From a virus (lineage: Duplodnaviria; Caudoviricetes), in the IMG/VR virus record IMGVR_UViG_3300048848_000286, positions 1 to 32,579 of that record: 32,579 nucleotides of DNA. The stretch is one strand, 5' to 3'. A program made the position numbers and the translations under genes. Positions within the stretch are counted from its first letter, which is position 1. Every line of letters begins with the position of its first letter. Below the pieces are notes generated by a model, which saw nothing but the letters and a program-made list of their open reading frames with translations, ran no database searches and was not told where the DNA came from. This document shows positions 1 through 7,997 of this stretch, in pieces.

Positions 1-1353
1 ATGCTCAAGAATGCCTCGATAACGGCTTTGCAGAATCGGCCTTGGCTCTACAAGCATGAACATGATGGCGCGAACCCAGGGCGCATTGTCGAATTCGATC
101 CTTCGGGGAAGATCAACGGGTACAACGGCGAGCAGGAGGCGCGTTGGCTCATTGAGGACGGGGTCCTCTGGTTCGTCAATGTCCACGGCAACCGCTCTAT
201 TCGGTTCCACACGTCTTATCGCAGCTTGGGCAGGCTGGTTATTGAAGGTGAATTTGTTCATCCAGGGTTCAACGGCTTGCAGGTCAGGCTTGACGAAGGG
301 CAGGGTGTTGAGAGGATCAGCTCGATTGATGCTCAAAATTTTGCTTCCAAGACCAGTCGGGCTTTCGAAGAACGATGGGTCCCGTATTCGCCAACGACGT
401 ATGGTGATACGAGCCTCGACGGCGAAGGCTACATGGCACCCCCTTTCGATCTCATGCAATTGCCGGACGTGCAGTTCGCGTCAAGGTTCGGTGCCTTGAT
501 CAAGGATCGCCTCCTGGTGAGTGAGACATCCTTTCAGCACCCCTTCTTCCTGTGCCCGCGCATCACCGAGGACAAGCACGGCGCCTATCTTTATCAGACT
601 GTGGGAAGCACAAGCTCCATAGAGAAGGCTCTCTATGTGTGCGGAGGGATGTACTCGAATTTTTATCACTGGCTGATGTTCCTGATGGCGAAGATCCGGC
701 CTGAGTTCATCGGCGACAACAGGACGGTGGTCGTCTCCGAACCGAAGACGGAGTTTCAGAAAGCCGGACTGTCGGCTCTGCTTGCCGCTTATGGATTGGA
801 AGCGATATACTTGCAGGACAACGCCAGTCTTGCTGTAGAAGATCTTGCGTTCCCACATCAGCGAGATACTACAGGTGTAGACCCGCATCCCTGCATTGCC
901 GACACTTTCGCAAGGCTAAAGCGGAGCTTGGTCCCCTCCTTTTCTCCTTTGCAAAAGATCTACGTCAGTCGGTCTGATACCAACGAACGACGTCTGATCA
1001 ACGAACGCGCGATCGAGGAAATGCTCGCCGCACAAGGATTTACGATCGTATCGCTGACCGGTAAGACTCTTAGAGAGCAGATTTCACTCTTCCACAACGC
1101 AACGGACATTATTGGTGCTCATGGTGCCGGTTTGACGAATGTCGGATTTGCTAAGCCTGGCACGAGAGTGCTCGAATTCCAGAACCCTACACACGTCAAC
1201 TGGTGTATGAAGAAGATTGCAGCCATTTCCGGCTGTAATTATGGGTATCTGATGGGACATCAAATTGGTCAAGAAAAGGATTTTGAGCTTCCCGAATCCG
1301 CGGTGGCCAATGCCGTTGAGCAGATGCGGTCTCTTTCGATGCGATCCGCATAG
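1..1353 (+). CDS. Glycosyltransferase family 61 (DUF563-like) protein, outside the att site
   Basis: 450-aa ORF with NFYHWL, KIYVSRSD..RRLINE, LREQISLFHNATDIIGAHGAGLTN and PGTRVLE motifs typical of GT61; extra N-terminal domain; visibly lower GC than the phage core. Confidence 0.85.
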   Translation: MLKNASITALQNRPWLYKHEHDGANPGRIVEFDPSGKINGYNGEQEARWLIEDGVLWFVNVHGNRSIRFHTSYRSLGRLVIEGEFVHPGFNGLQVRLDEGQGVERISSIDAQNFASKTSRAFEERWVPYSPTTYGDTSLDGEGYMAPPFDLMQLPDVQFASRFGALIKDRLLVSETSFQHPFFLCPRITEDKHGAYLYQTVGSTSSIEKALYVCGGMYSNFYHWLMFLMAKIRPEFIGDNRTVVVSEPKTEFQKAGLSALLAAYGLEAIYLQDNASLAVEDLAFPHQRDTTGVDPHPCIADTFARLKRSLVPSFSPLQKIYVSRSDTNERRLINERAIEEMLAAQGFTIVSLTGKTLREQISLFHNATDIIGAHGAGLTNVGFAKPGTRVLEFQNPTHVNWCMKKIAAISGCNYGYLMGHQIGQEKDFELPESAVANAVEQMRSLSMRSA

Positions 1354-1431
1354 CTAATCAAGTTTCGCCCCACTCTGCTCACACGCAAGCGATCTATCTG
1401 TAAGGGGGATCTCTCGAATCGATCAGTGTTG

Positions 1432-1479
1432 TGGTGATCCCGACTGGACTCGAACCAGTGGCCTACAGATTAGGAATCT
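1432..1479 (-). tRNA. 3' fragment of tRNA-Arg(CCT), probable prophage att core (attR-type)
   Basis: Minus strand reads AGATTCCTAATCTGTAGGCCACTGGTTCGAGTCCAGTCGGGATCACCA: anticodon loop with CCT, T arm (ACTGG-TTCGAGT-CCAGT) and CCA end. No D arm or 5' acceptor strand upstream. Confidence 0.85.
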
Positions 1480-1517
1480 CTGCCTAAGTGTTGGGATTAT
1501 ATGCAGGCGTTCCCTTG

Positions 1518-1552
1518 AAAAAGCGCGTTCCCGGATATCTCTGGGAACGCGT
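1518..1552 (-). terminator. Intrinsic terminator ending the lysis operon
   Basis: Minus strand ACGCGTTCCCAGAGATATCCGGGAACGCGC hairpin followed by TTTTT, 2 nt after the stop of 1555..1971. Confidence 0.75.
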
Positions 1553-1554
1553 TC

Positions 1555-1971
1555 TTATTTCGGCCTGAGGCTGCCGGGCTGTGGTTTCTCGGAGAAGGTG
1601 TCGATCTTCGAGCCAAGCACCTCGACCTTCGTGGAGAGGCCGGCGATGTCCTTCCGGATTGCCTCCTGAGAACCAAGGATGGCATCGGCCAGCCGGTCGA
1701 CACGATCGTTCAGCGCCTGGGTCTTCCCCTCTTGCGCGCCCATTCGATAGGGCAGGTCGCTCATGTTCTTCAGGGCAGAGTTGACGTCAGCAAAGTTCTT
1801 GTCGGTCTGGGCGCTGCGCGTCGTCTTGTAGCGATCGTTCTCGTCGAGATGCGCCTTGATGTTCGCGTTGTCCTGGGCCGTGTACCAGAACAAGCCACCG
1901 ATCGCGATGATGGTAGGGATATTCCCTTTGACCCAATCCCAAGTCATGGACGTGTTTCCCGCATCGCTCAT
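1555..1971 (-). CDS. Phage membrane-anchored coiled-coil protein (last gene of lysis module; holin-like candidate)
   Basis: One N-terminal hydrophobic segment (IPTIIAIGGLFWY) followed by a heptad-rich region; follows the spanins. Confidence 0.6.
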   Translation of the reverse strand: MSDAGNTSMTWDWVKGNIPTIIAIGGLFWYTAQDNANIKAHLDENDRYKTTRSAQTDKNFADVNSALKNMSDLPYRMGAQEGKTQALNDRVDRLADAILGSQEAIRKDIAGLSTKVEVLGSKIDTFSEKPQPGSLRPK

Positions 1972-2042
1972 CGAAGTCTCAACCCTAAACGTTCGTCAGG
2001 AGTTGTTCGTTCAACCCCGATAGTGCATTCGGCTATCCGCCG

Positions 2043-2261
2043 TTACTTCCAACAATTCTGCCGGATGCCGAGCGCATTGTGCGCCGCGACCTGATTTGCA
2101 AACGGCCTATCGTCCACCACGATCTTGACTGCCGTTTCCAGCGTCGGCGTCAGTTTCTCGAAGCCTGTGCACGCACTCGTCGTGGTCTTTACTCCCTGGC
2201 AGGAAGAGAGAGCGGCACAGGTCAGAAGCAGCAGAGGTAGAGATTTCAGCATCGAGTTCAT
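2043..2261 (-). CDS. o-spanin (Rz1-like lipoprotein); start may be 2252
   Basis: Lipoprotein signal MLKSLPLLLLTCAALSSC with extra Cys; overlaps the 3' end of the i-spanin in another frame. Confidence 0.75.
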   Translation of the reverse strand: MNSMLKSLPLLLLTCAALSSCQGVKTTTSACTGFEKLTPTLETAVKIVVDDRPFANQVAAHNALGIRQNCWK

Positions 2262-2418
2262 TCCTCAAGCGCAGGATGACGACGGAGTTTTCGAGTGCGG
2301 CGACGGCGGCCTGCTGACGGCCGGCCGACTTGCCGTACAGATACGCCGGGCCGGAGATGAGCGCGGCGAGGACGATCGCGCCAACCCCGAGCTTGAGCCC
2401 GTCCAGCAGGCCGATCAC
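2107..2418 (-). CDS. i-spanin (Rz-like)
   Basis: N-terminal transmembrane helix, then a helical periplasmic region with Cys; GTGA overlap with the endolysin stop. Confidence 0.7.
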   Translation of the reverse strand: MIGLLDGLKLGVGAIVLAALISGPAYLYGKSAGRQQAAVAALENSVVILRLRNELDAEISTSAASDLCRSLFLPGSKDHDECVHRLRETDADAGNGSQDRGGR

Positions 2419-3263
2419 ACAGGCACCTTGTCGAGCGCGTCGGCGAGCTCAGCCTTCTTGCGGGTGGCGTACCAGCGATAGGCCACACCGCCGATGGTGA
2501 GCACCGCGGTGGCGATCACCAGCCCGGCGACGACATGGCCGATGAGCGCGCTGCCGGCGCTGAAAGGAGTGAGCTGTTCCTGCACCTGCTGCAGGGTGGC
2601 GGCCAGGGCGCCCGAGCCAACACCGCCGCCGGTTGCTGCATCCGCGATGCCCTTGGTGGGCGCTGTCTTGGCGTCCTCGATGCGCGCCTTGACGTTGGCC
2701 TTATCGATGAAGGAGATCTCGGGGCCGACCGAGCCAGAGGCCCATGCTTGGCCGATGGCGCGCACGTCGTTGACGCGGCTCGTCCACCCCCTGCGATAGG
2801 TGGGCCACGTCTTCAGGTTCTTGAGGAATGTCATGCGGCGGTCAACGATGCGGGCAACGAGCGCGTCGTGGTCGTTGACCCCACGCAGTGCCGCCAGCGT
2901 GCTCGGGCCGATGACGCCATCGACGGCGGCGCCAGTGATGCCGAGCGCGCGCTGCAGCCACATGGCGGACTGCTTGACGCCCGAGTTCACGGCGCCGTCG
3001 AACACCACGTAGCCGATGCCGGCCGGCAAGCTGTCACCCTTGATAAGCGCCCAATACCGCATGCGGTAGATGGAGTCGCGCTCGCCGTTGGTCATGAGCT
3101 TAATGCTCTGGGTCTTGACGCCGAGGTTGCGCCGATAGTCGTCATAGACGCGTTTCGTCACGCCCTGGTTCGTCTCTCCACCCGGGTCGCGCGGGTCATG
3201 CACATACCCGCCTTCGTGGACCAGCACCTTCGCCAGTGAGCGTTCGAATTCGTTCATCGCCAT
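2415..3263 (-). CDS. Endolysin, glycoside hydrolase family 108 with peptidoglycan-binding domain and C-terminal hydrophobic extension
   Basis: HEGGYVHDPRDPGGETNQGVT catalytic motif, VFDGAVNSG, WLQRALG...VDGVIGPSTL, RGWTSRV. Confidence 0.92.
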   Translation of the reverse strand: MAMNEFERSLAKVLVHEGGYVHDPRDPGGETNQGVTKRVYDDYRRNLGVKTQSIKLMTNGERDSIYRMRYWALIKGDSLPAGIGYVVFDGAVNSGVKQSAMWLQRALGITGAAVDGVIGPSTLAALRGVNDHDALVARIVDRRMTFLKNLKTWPTYRRGWTSRVNDVRAIGQAWASGSVGPEISFIDKANVKARIEDAKTAPTKGIADAATGGGVGSGALAATLQQVQEQLTPFSAGSALIGHVVAGLVIATAVLTIGGVAYRWYATRKKAELADALDKVPV

Positions 3264-3283
3264 CGCCTCGTTTCGATGGCCGG

Positions 3284-3320
3284 ATAATCGGCGTCACGAG
3301 GCGATGGCGCAAAGCACAGG
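3284..3320 (-). promoter_or_regulatory. Late promoter with CCTGTGCTTTGC box (lysis module)
   Basis: Box at 3309-3320; TTGCGC-17 bp-GATTAT upstream of the endolysin. Confidence 0.65.
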
Positions 3321-3328
3321 AGAGCAGG

Positions 3329-3357
3329 TTGCACCATGCTTTCTGGGCGAGTATGGG
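3329..3357 (+). promoter_or_regulatory. Putative sigma70-like promoter of the glycosyltransferase moron
   Basis: TTGCAC-17 bp-TATGGG, back to back with the lysis promoter, upstream of GGAGAGGG and the ATG at 3383. Confidence 0.35.
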
Positions 3358-3382
3358 TGCAATCAGAAATATGGAGAGGGTC

Positions 3383-4327
3383 ATGATTGGCTACGACTGG
3401 AACGACGGCGGTATCAACAATCAAAAGCTGGCGTTACTCGGCCTCTTTTCATGCGCCGCGAATAGCGACGACAAGAGACTCTACCTACCGAAAATCTACA
3501 GCAAGGATCAGCACGACACCCTGTCAGAAGTATTTCCGCTTGAAGTAATATTCGATTTAGGCGCCGTCGTGAAGCTTGCTAGCCGCTGGGGTATCGAGAT
3601 TTGCGAAGCGCCCGTAGGGGTTACTTATGCCGACCGGATCGACCGATGCGGATGGAACTATTTTGGTGAAGGCGCAGGAGCCGTGGGAAACGCCGCGAAG
3701 GATGTCGAGGCTGGCCATTCCAGCTTGGCGGCGGATGTCCTCAGATCCCTTGTCCCACTGGCGCGCGATTTGCCATCGACAAAAAGACTTATGGGGTCCG
3801 TCTTCGGGCATTACGATATTGATACTGTTGTACAACTGAGAATTGAAGAAGATTGGGTAATTCACAGCAACAATCACATGAAACTCGTCGTTCACCAACC
3901 AGAAGATTACAATATAACCGCGCCTCAGATCATCTTAAAGCTGAAAAAAACATTCCCCGAATGCGAGCGCGCTTACGTCACTTGCGATGAGAGATATATA
4001 TTTGCGCCAAAGCAGCAGATTTCGCAGGATGTTCGCAATGAAACCGGTGTGGAAATTATATGGAAAAGCGATATTCTATCCGTGGAGGAGTTTCAGTCCT
4101 TGCCGCCCGTCACCACATCACTGGTCGATTTCGAGATCGCAAAGACGGCTGATCGTTTCGTTGGGCTGACAAGGTCCACCTTTGCAAACCTCGTAACATT
4201 TGAGAGGTTTGCCCGCTCTTTTCGAGACTGCGGGCGAGACTTCGCTTATAACGTGCCCGGCAAACGTCTAGCCAGACGGACGGATCGCGGTGGCCAGGAC
4301 AACCCTTACGCAGCGTGTGCGCTATAA
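3383..4327 (+). CDS. O-fucosyltransferase-like glycosyltransferase (GT-B fold), antisense moron; alternative start 3371
   Basis: GGINNQ, VQLRIEEDW, AYVTCD and VDFEIAKTADRFVGLTRSTFANLV match the O-FucT/NodZ-like GDP-sugar transferase pattern; AT-richer than flanks and opposite in strand. Confidence 0.8.
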   Translation: MIGYDWNDGGINNQKLALLGLFSCAANSDDKRLYLPKIYSKDQHDTLSEVFPLEVIFDLGAVVKLASRWGIEICEAPVGVTYADRIDRCGWNYFGEGAGAVGNAAKDVEAGHSSLAADVLRSLVPLARDLPSTKRLMGSVFGHYDIDTVVQLRIEEDWVIHSNNHMKLVVHQPEDYNITAPQIILKLKKTFPECERAYVTCDERYIFAPKQQISQDVRNETGVEIIWKSDILSVEEFQSLPPVTTSLVDFEIAKTADRFVGLTRSTFANLVTFERFARSFRDCGRDFAYNVPGKRLARRTDRGGQDNPYAACAL

Positions 4328-4331
4328 CCTG

Positions 4332-4517
4332 TCACTCCGTCTGCGTCGGCAACGCGACTTCACTGGACGCAGCAAGTCGAAGATCGTACTCCGCCTGCTC
4401 TTTCGAGCAAAGGCTCCCCGCGAGGTTCTCGCGCACAGTAGTAGAGATGGCGCGCATATGCTCACCCATTTTCTCCCGTGGGTTTTCTAAGCTGGCAGCA
4501 CCTTTTTTCTTGGTCAT
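4332..4517 (-). CDS. Small hypothetical protein
   Basis: 61-aa ORF coupled by an ATGA overlap to the upstream gene; no recognisable motif. Confidence 0.35.
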   Translation of the reverse strand: MTKKKGAASLENPREKMGEHMRAISTTVRENLAGSLCSKEQAEYDLRLAASSEVALPTQTE

Positions 4518-4687
4518 TTCGCCGACGCTCCTTTTTTGCGCGCCGAGACCTTGCGCTTCAACTTCGCGACCTCTTCCTCGAGTTCGGCAATGCGGGCGTC
4601 TCGATCGGCAATGACGATTTCAGCTTCGCACATGCTCATAGACATGGCCCCGAGGCGATCCTTCACAATGTCATTCATGGTCTTCAT
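4514..4687 (-). CDS. Small coiled-coil protein, possible tail-fibre assembly chaperone
   Basis: MKTMNDIVKDRLG...RIAELEEEVAKLK; AAGGA RBS overlapping the fibre gene stop. Confidence 0.6.
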   Translation of the reverse strand: MKTMNDIVKDRLGAMSMSMCEAEIVIADRDARIAELEEEVAKLKRKVSARKKGASAK

Positions 4688-4698
4688 GGTTGAGTTCC

Positions 4699-5736
4699 TT
4701 AAAGTGGGTAGCACGGGATTTTGATGTAGCTCCCGTTGATCTTGATCGTGGAATAAAAGGCAGGAGCCACCGGAAGCGCAGAAGCGGCGCCGGCGGTAGC
4801 GGAGGCGGTGGTTACAACACCCCCGAGATCGAAGGCCGTTCCGTCGAAGCCGAAGCGCGCCTGAATGGAGGAAAACAGGCTGTCTGCCCACTCGATATTA
4901 TAGCCGGGCTTTATCTTCATTACAGACTGCCCGCGCGTGTTGCTCATCGTCGTGAAGTTGAGAGCTGTATAAGCTGCGCAGTCGAAGTTAATTGCTGCCT
5001 TGAGCAGGCACTGCGACGGCGGAGCGCCGAAGGTGATGCCGTACGTGACTTCGTTGGTGCCGCCCTGGTTGGCCGGAGCGGATCCGAACGCGAGCAGAAG
5101 GCCGAAACGCTGGTTGTTCGGGTCAAGACCCTTGGCGCCCATCGTCAGCTCAAACCCGATCGTCGCAGTGTTCGGGTTCGCGACCTGATCAGAAACCCCG
5201 ATGTTGGCGCCCCACATGCCCGCATTGGCCTTTTTGGTGCCGCCGCCAAAGATCACGACATGCTCAGAATTTGGAGAGGCCTGACCATCGGCAGGGTCAT
5301 ATGTCAGCAACACCGTGAGGGGCCACTGAAACGTTGTCACGCCGGACTTCTTGATTTCGGTACTGATGAGCACTGCTGCTGACGTGAGACCCTGCACGTT
5401 GTCGCCGGTCGCATCAGGATCAATCGTGCGAGTAACCTGCAGCGTCGCATAGTCGCTGATCTTGTCCTTGTCGTGCTTGATCCAGATACGGCCGTCGTTC
5501 TTGACGCTCAGGCCTTGAAGGTCAGACCCCAGAAAGCTTTCATAGACAAGCGCGTTGCCGGGGTTACGCCCCGGTGACGCGGCCACCTGAAACACGTTTC
5601 CTCCCGCGTCCTTCGAATAGAGCTTTCGATCAACCGCATTTAGGCCAAGCTCATAATTAAGCAGTTCACTTGCTGAGAAGACCTTGCCGGCTGTGTTCGT
5701 GCGTCGCGTCTGATATCGCGATGGTTTGGTGACCAT
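4699..5736 (-). CDS. Tail fibre / receptor-binding protein with a gp34/Mtd_N-like N-terminal docking domain
   Basis: N-terminus YQTRRTNTAGKV...ELGLNAVDRKLYSKDAGGNVFQV; beta-rich body; C-terminal TASATAGAASALP...IKINGSYIKIPCY typical of fibre ends. Confidence 0.72.
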   Translation of the reverse strand: MVTKPSRYQTRRTNTAGKVFSASELLNYELGLNAVDRKLYSKDAGGNVFQVAASPGRNPGNALVYESFLGSDLQGLSVKNDGRIWIKHDKDKISDYATLQVTRTIDPDATGDNVQGLTSAAVLISTEIKKSGVTTFQWPLTVLLTYDPADGQASPNSEHVVIFGGGTKKANAGMWGANIGVSDQVANPNTATIGFELTMGAKGLDPNNQRFGLLLAFGSAPANQGGTNEVTYGITFGAPPSQCLLKAAINFDCAAYTALNFTTMSNTRGQSVMKIKPGYNIEWADSLFSSIQARFGFDGTAFDLGGVVTTASATAGAASALPVAPAFYSTIKINGSYIKIPCYPL

Positions 5737-7157
5737 TACACGGTCCCTCCGTCAAGAGTGTCGAAAGCTGCTTCCTTCGCCGCAATGGCGTTCAGGATCG
5801 TGGTGGCGAAGTTGGGGTCATCGCCAAGAGCAGCGGCGAGTTCGTCGAGCGTGTCGAGGGCGCCGGGGGCGGCCGCCACCAGAGCATCGAGCCCGGCCTT
5901 CAGCGCGGCCATCGTGGCGATCTGTGTGGTGTTCGTTCCAACGGCTGCTGTGGGTGCGGTGGGCGTGCCGGTCAGGGCAGGAGACGCGAGCGGCGCTTTC
6001 AGGTCTAGCGCGGCAGACACCGTCGTTGCGCCATAGGTGATCTGCAAGGCGTTGTAATCGCCATTTGCCGACACGATGGGGCCCGTGCGTCCGAACACGG
6101 AGGGCACGGCGTCGGAACTCGGGATGCGCTGCCAAGCCGTCCCGTTCGATCGAAGCTGATCCCCGACACCAAATGCCGTGGATGAACCGGTGACGGACTG
6201 AGTGCCTGCCACTGAGACGATGTAGAAGGCCCCATTGGGAGCGGGCGTGGTGGTCAGAGCAGGGGCGTTAGTGCTGGCGTTCCATGTCCCAAGATACGAA
6301 CCGCTGACCGGCAGGAAAGAACTGGGAACGAGGTTGTCAGGGCCAAGCGGCGTATATCCATTCGCAACTCCCTTAAGGTTTTGTGTCTCGACAAGAGCCC
6401 CGCTTACTGCAGGGCGGACACTTAGCGACACTTGTCCGGTCGTGGGATCAATCGTGAAGGGATTGTCGAGGAACGTGCCAGTGGCGTCGTATCGCCCAAT
6501 AGCGAACATAGTGGCCGTGTTCACGTAGTGCATGAAGCGGCGGACGCCCGCTTTTCGGTATTCGAGGGCCGCCGTGTTTGCCGCAGGAGCGTCGATCGTC
6601 AGAGTGGCGTTTGCACTGTCATGGCTGACCGTGAGCCCTTTGAAAAACCCACCGAGCCATCGACGGGCGGTCGCGCCCAAAGACTGCCCGCCGTCTGTGG
6701 CCGGGCCGCCCACCTGTGCATAGCGAGCGTCAAGCGTCGCCGGCTCAACCCCAAGGTTCGTCTGTCCCTGCGTCTTCTGCCCCGTCGTCAGCGTCTGGCT
6801 CGCGTCAAGACGGAGGCGGTTGCCAAGCGCCGTCGAAATCGTCGTGGCAAAGTTCGGATCATCGCCCAGGGCGTTTGCAAGCTCATCAAGTGTATCGAGC
6901 GCAGCCGGAGAGCTCGCCACGAGAGCGGCAATGGCAGTCGCAATATCGGCAGGCGTGGCTTTCGCCGCCAGCGCGGTGATTAGCCCGGTGATCGTCGACA
7001 TTGGTTGCTCGCCGGTATGCGTCCCGCGGTCGCGAAGCTGTTCGTCGGTCGCGTTCTTCGTCGCCTGCGTTGCAATGCCTGCGAGCTTGGCACGCTCAGC
7101 AGTAAGCTCGTCACGCAGCGACCCTGCCGATGATGTTTTCCGAGACGGAGTCACCAT
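5736..7157 (-). CDS. Tail fibre protein with a duplicated LDTLDELA.ALGDDPNFATT module
   Basis: Fibre motifs QLRDRGTHTGEQ, YLGTWNASTNAP, VPSVFGRTG, KAPLASPALTGTPTAPTA; ends in LDGGTV. Confidence 0.85.
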   Translation of the reverse strand: MVTPSRKTSSAGSLRDELTAERAKLAGIATQATKNATDEQLRDRGTHTGEQPMSTITGLITALAAKATPADIATAIAALVASSPAALDTLDELANALGDDPNFATTISTALGNRLRLDASQTLTTGQKTQGQTNLGVEPATLDARYAQVGGPATDGGQSLGATARRWLGGFFKGLTVSHDSANATLTIDAPAANTAALEYRKAGVRRFMHYVNTATMFAIGRYDATGTFLDNPFTIDPTTGQVSLSVRPAVSGALVETQNLKGVANGYTPLGPDNLVPSSFLPVSGSYLGTWNASTNAPALTTTPAPNGAFYIVSVAGTQSVTGSSTAFGVGDQLRSNGTAWQRIPSSDAVPSVFGRTGPIVSANGDYNALQITYGATTVSAALDLKAPLASPALTGTPTAPTAAVGTNTTQIATMAALKAGLDALVAAAPGALDTLDELAAALGDDPNFATTILNAIAAKEAAFDTLDGGTV

Positions 7158-7954
7158 TAGACCGATCCTCCGTCGAAGATGTCTGACGCTGTGCCGTAAA
7201 CCTGGGCAACGCGCACAAGCAGACGCGCCGTGTTTGTAGTCGACATCGCGTCAAAGGAGGTGATGGGGCTGGTAAGGACGACATGCACGCCGTCCGTTGC
7301 CGTCCAGTCAGATCCCTCCTCCATCACAGAACCGTTCAGGATCACCTCGAAAATACCGTCACTGCCGTAACCGCCGGCAATGGTCACTGTGTCTTCGCCG
7401 ATCGCGAGGCTGAAGCTCTGCGGCTTTACCGGAGCGAGAGATGCGCCGGGCTGCAAAGCCGTGTCGGCGCGGCCACCTTGAACCGAGGTCGCGAAAGCGC
7501 TTGCTTCCTAGAAAGCTGCTGACCGAATTGTCGCGACAATTGCCACAGCATCGATCAGCTCCTCAATGCTCAATTGCGAGCCGTCGAGGCTGTTCAGAAG
7601 CGCACGATCAAGGTCTCGATGCATCTCCTGCATCTGAGCTGTGAGCACATCCATCGCGAGGTTCTGGTCGCGGGTCGGAAGCGGTGCACCATCATTGAAA
7701 CGAGACTGTCGGCGGGGGAGACGATAGCCGAGGACGGACAAGGCGCCGGTGATCCCAGAGGAGAAGACGACGCGGCCATTACTGGATTTTCCTGCGGCGA
7801 AATCTGCCAGAACCCCGAAGTCATATCGGCGGACGCCATTGTGATAAACAGCAAGATCCCCGACATCGTAGAGATCGAATCCTAGCGTGAACGTCGTCGT
7901 GGGGGACGTCGGCGCAAATGTCGAAATACGATTGTCGGGCGTGGTCGTAGACAT
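7157..7954 (-). pseudogene. Tail-fibre adaptor (T7 gp17 N-terminal-like) interrupted by an in-frame TAG at 7508-7510 (nonsense allele or readthrough)
   Basis: ORFs 7508..7954 and 7157..7456 share a frame; the junction reads IRSAAF*EASAFATSVQGGRADTALQP; N-terminal part has LPRRQSRFNDGAPL...NLAMDVLTAQMQE. Confidence 0.72.
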
Positions 7955-7960
7955 GGCGCG

Positions 7961-7997
7961 AGATTGCCCGCGCCAGCATTATGCGGCAAAGCACAGG
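7961..7997 (-). promoter_or_regulatory. Late promoter with CCTGTGCTTTGC box (tail-fibre module), probably leaderless
   Basis: Box at 7986-7997; TTGCCG-17 bp-CAATCT, then 6 nt to the ATG; no Shine-Dalgarno. Confidence 0.7.

Noticed and set aside
1432-1510. Complete functional tRNA gene
   Set aside because: No D arm or 5' acceptor strand; anticodon stem pairing fails after 3 bp
5736-7157. Diversity-generating retroelement (template/variable repeat pair) in the fibre repeats
   Set aside because: Differences are mostly synonymous and not adenine-specific; no reverse transcriptase in the window
7508-7510. Phage-wide TAG reassignment
   Set aside because: Other long genes contain no in-frame TAG, and TAG ends the ORFs at 2107, 29726 and 30786
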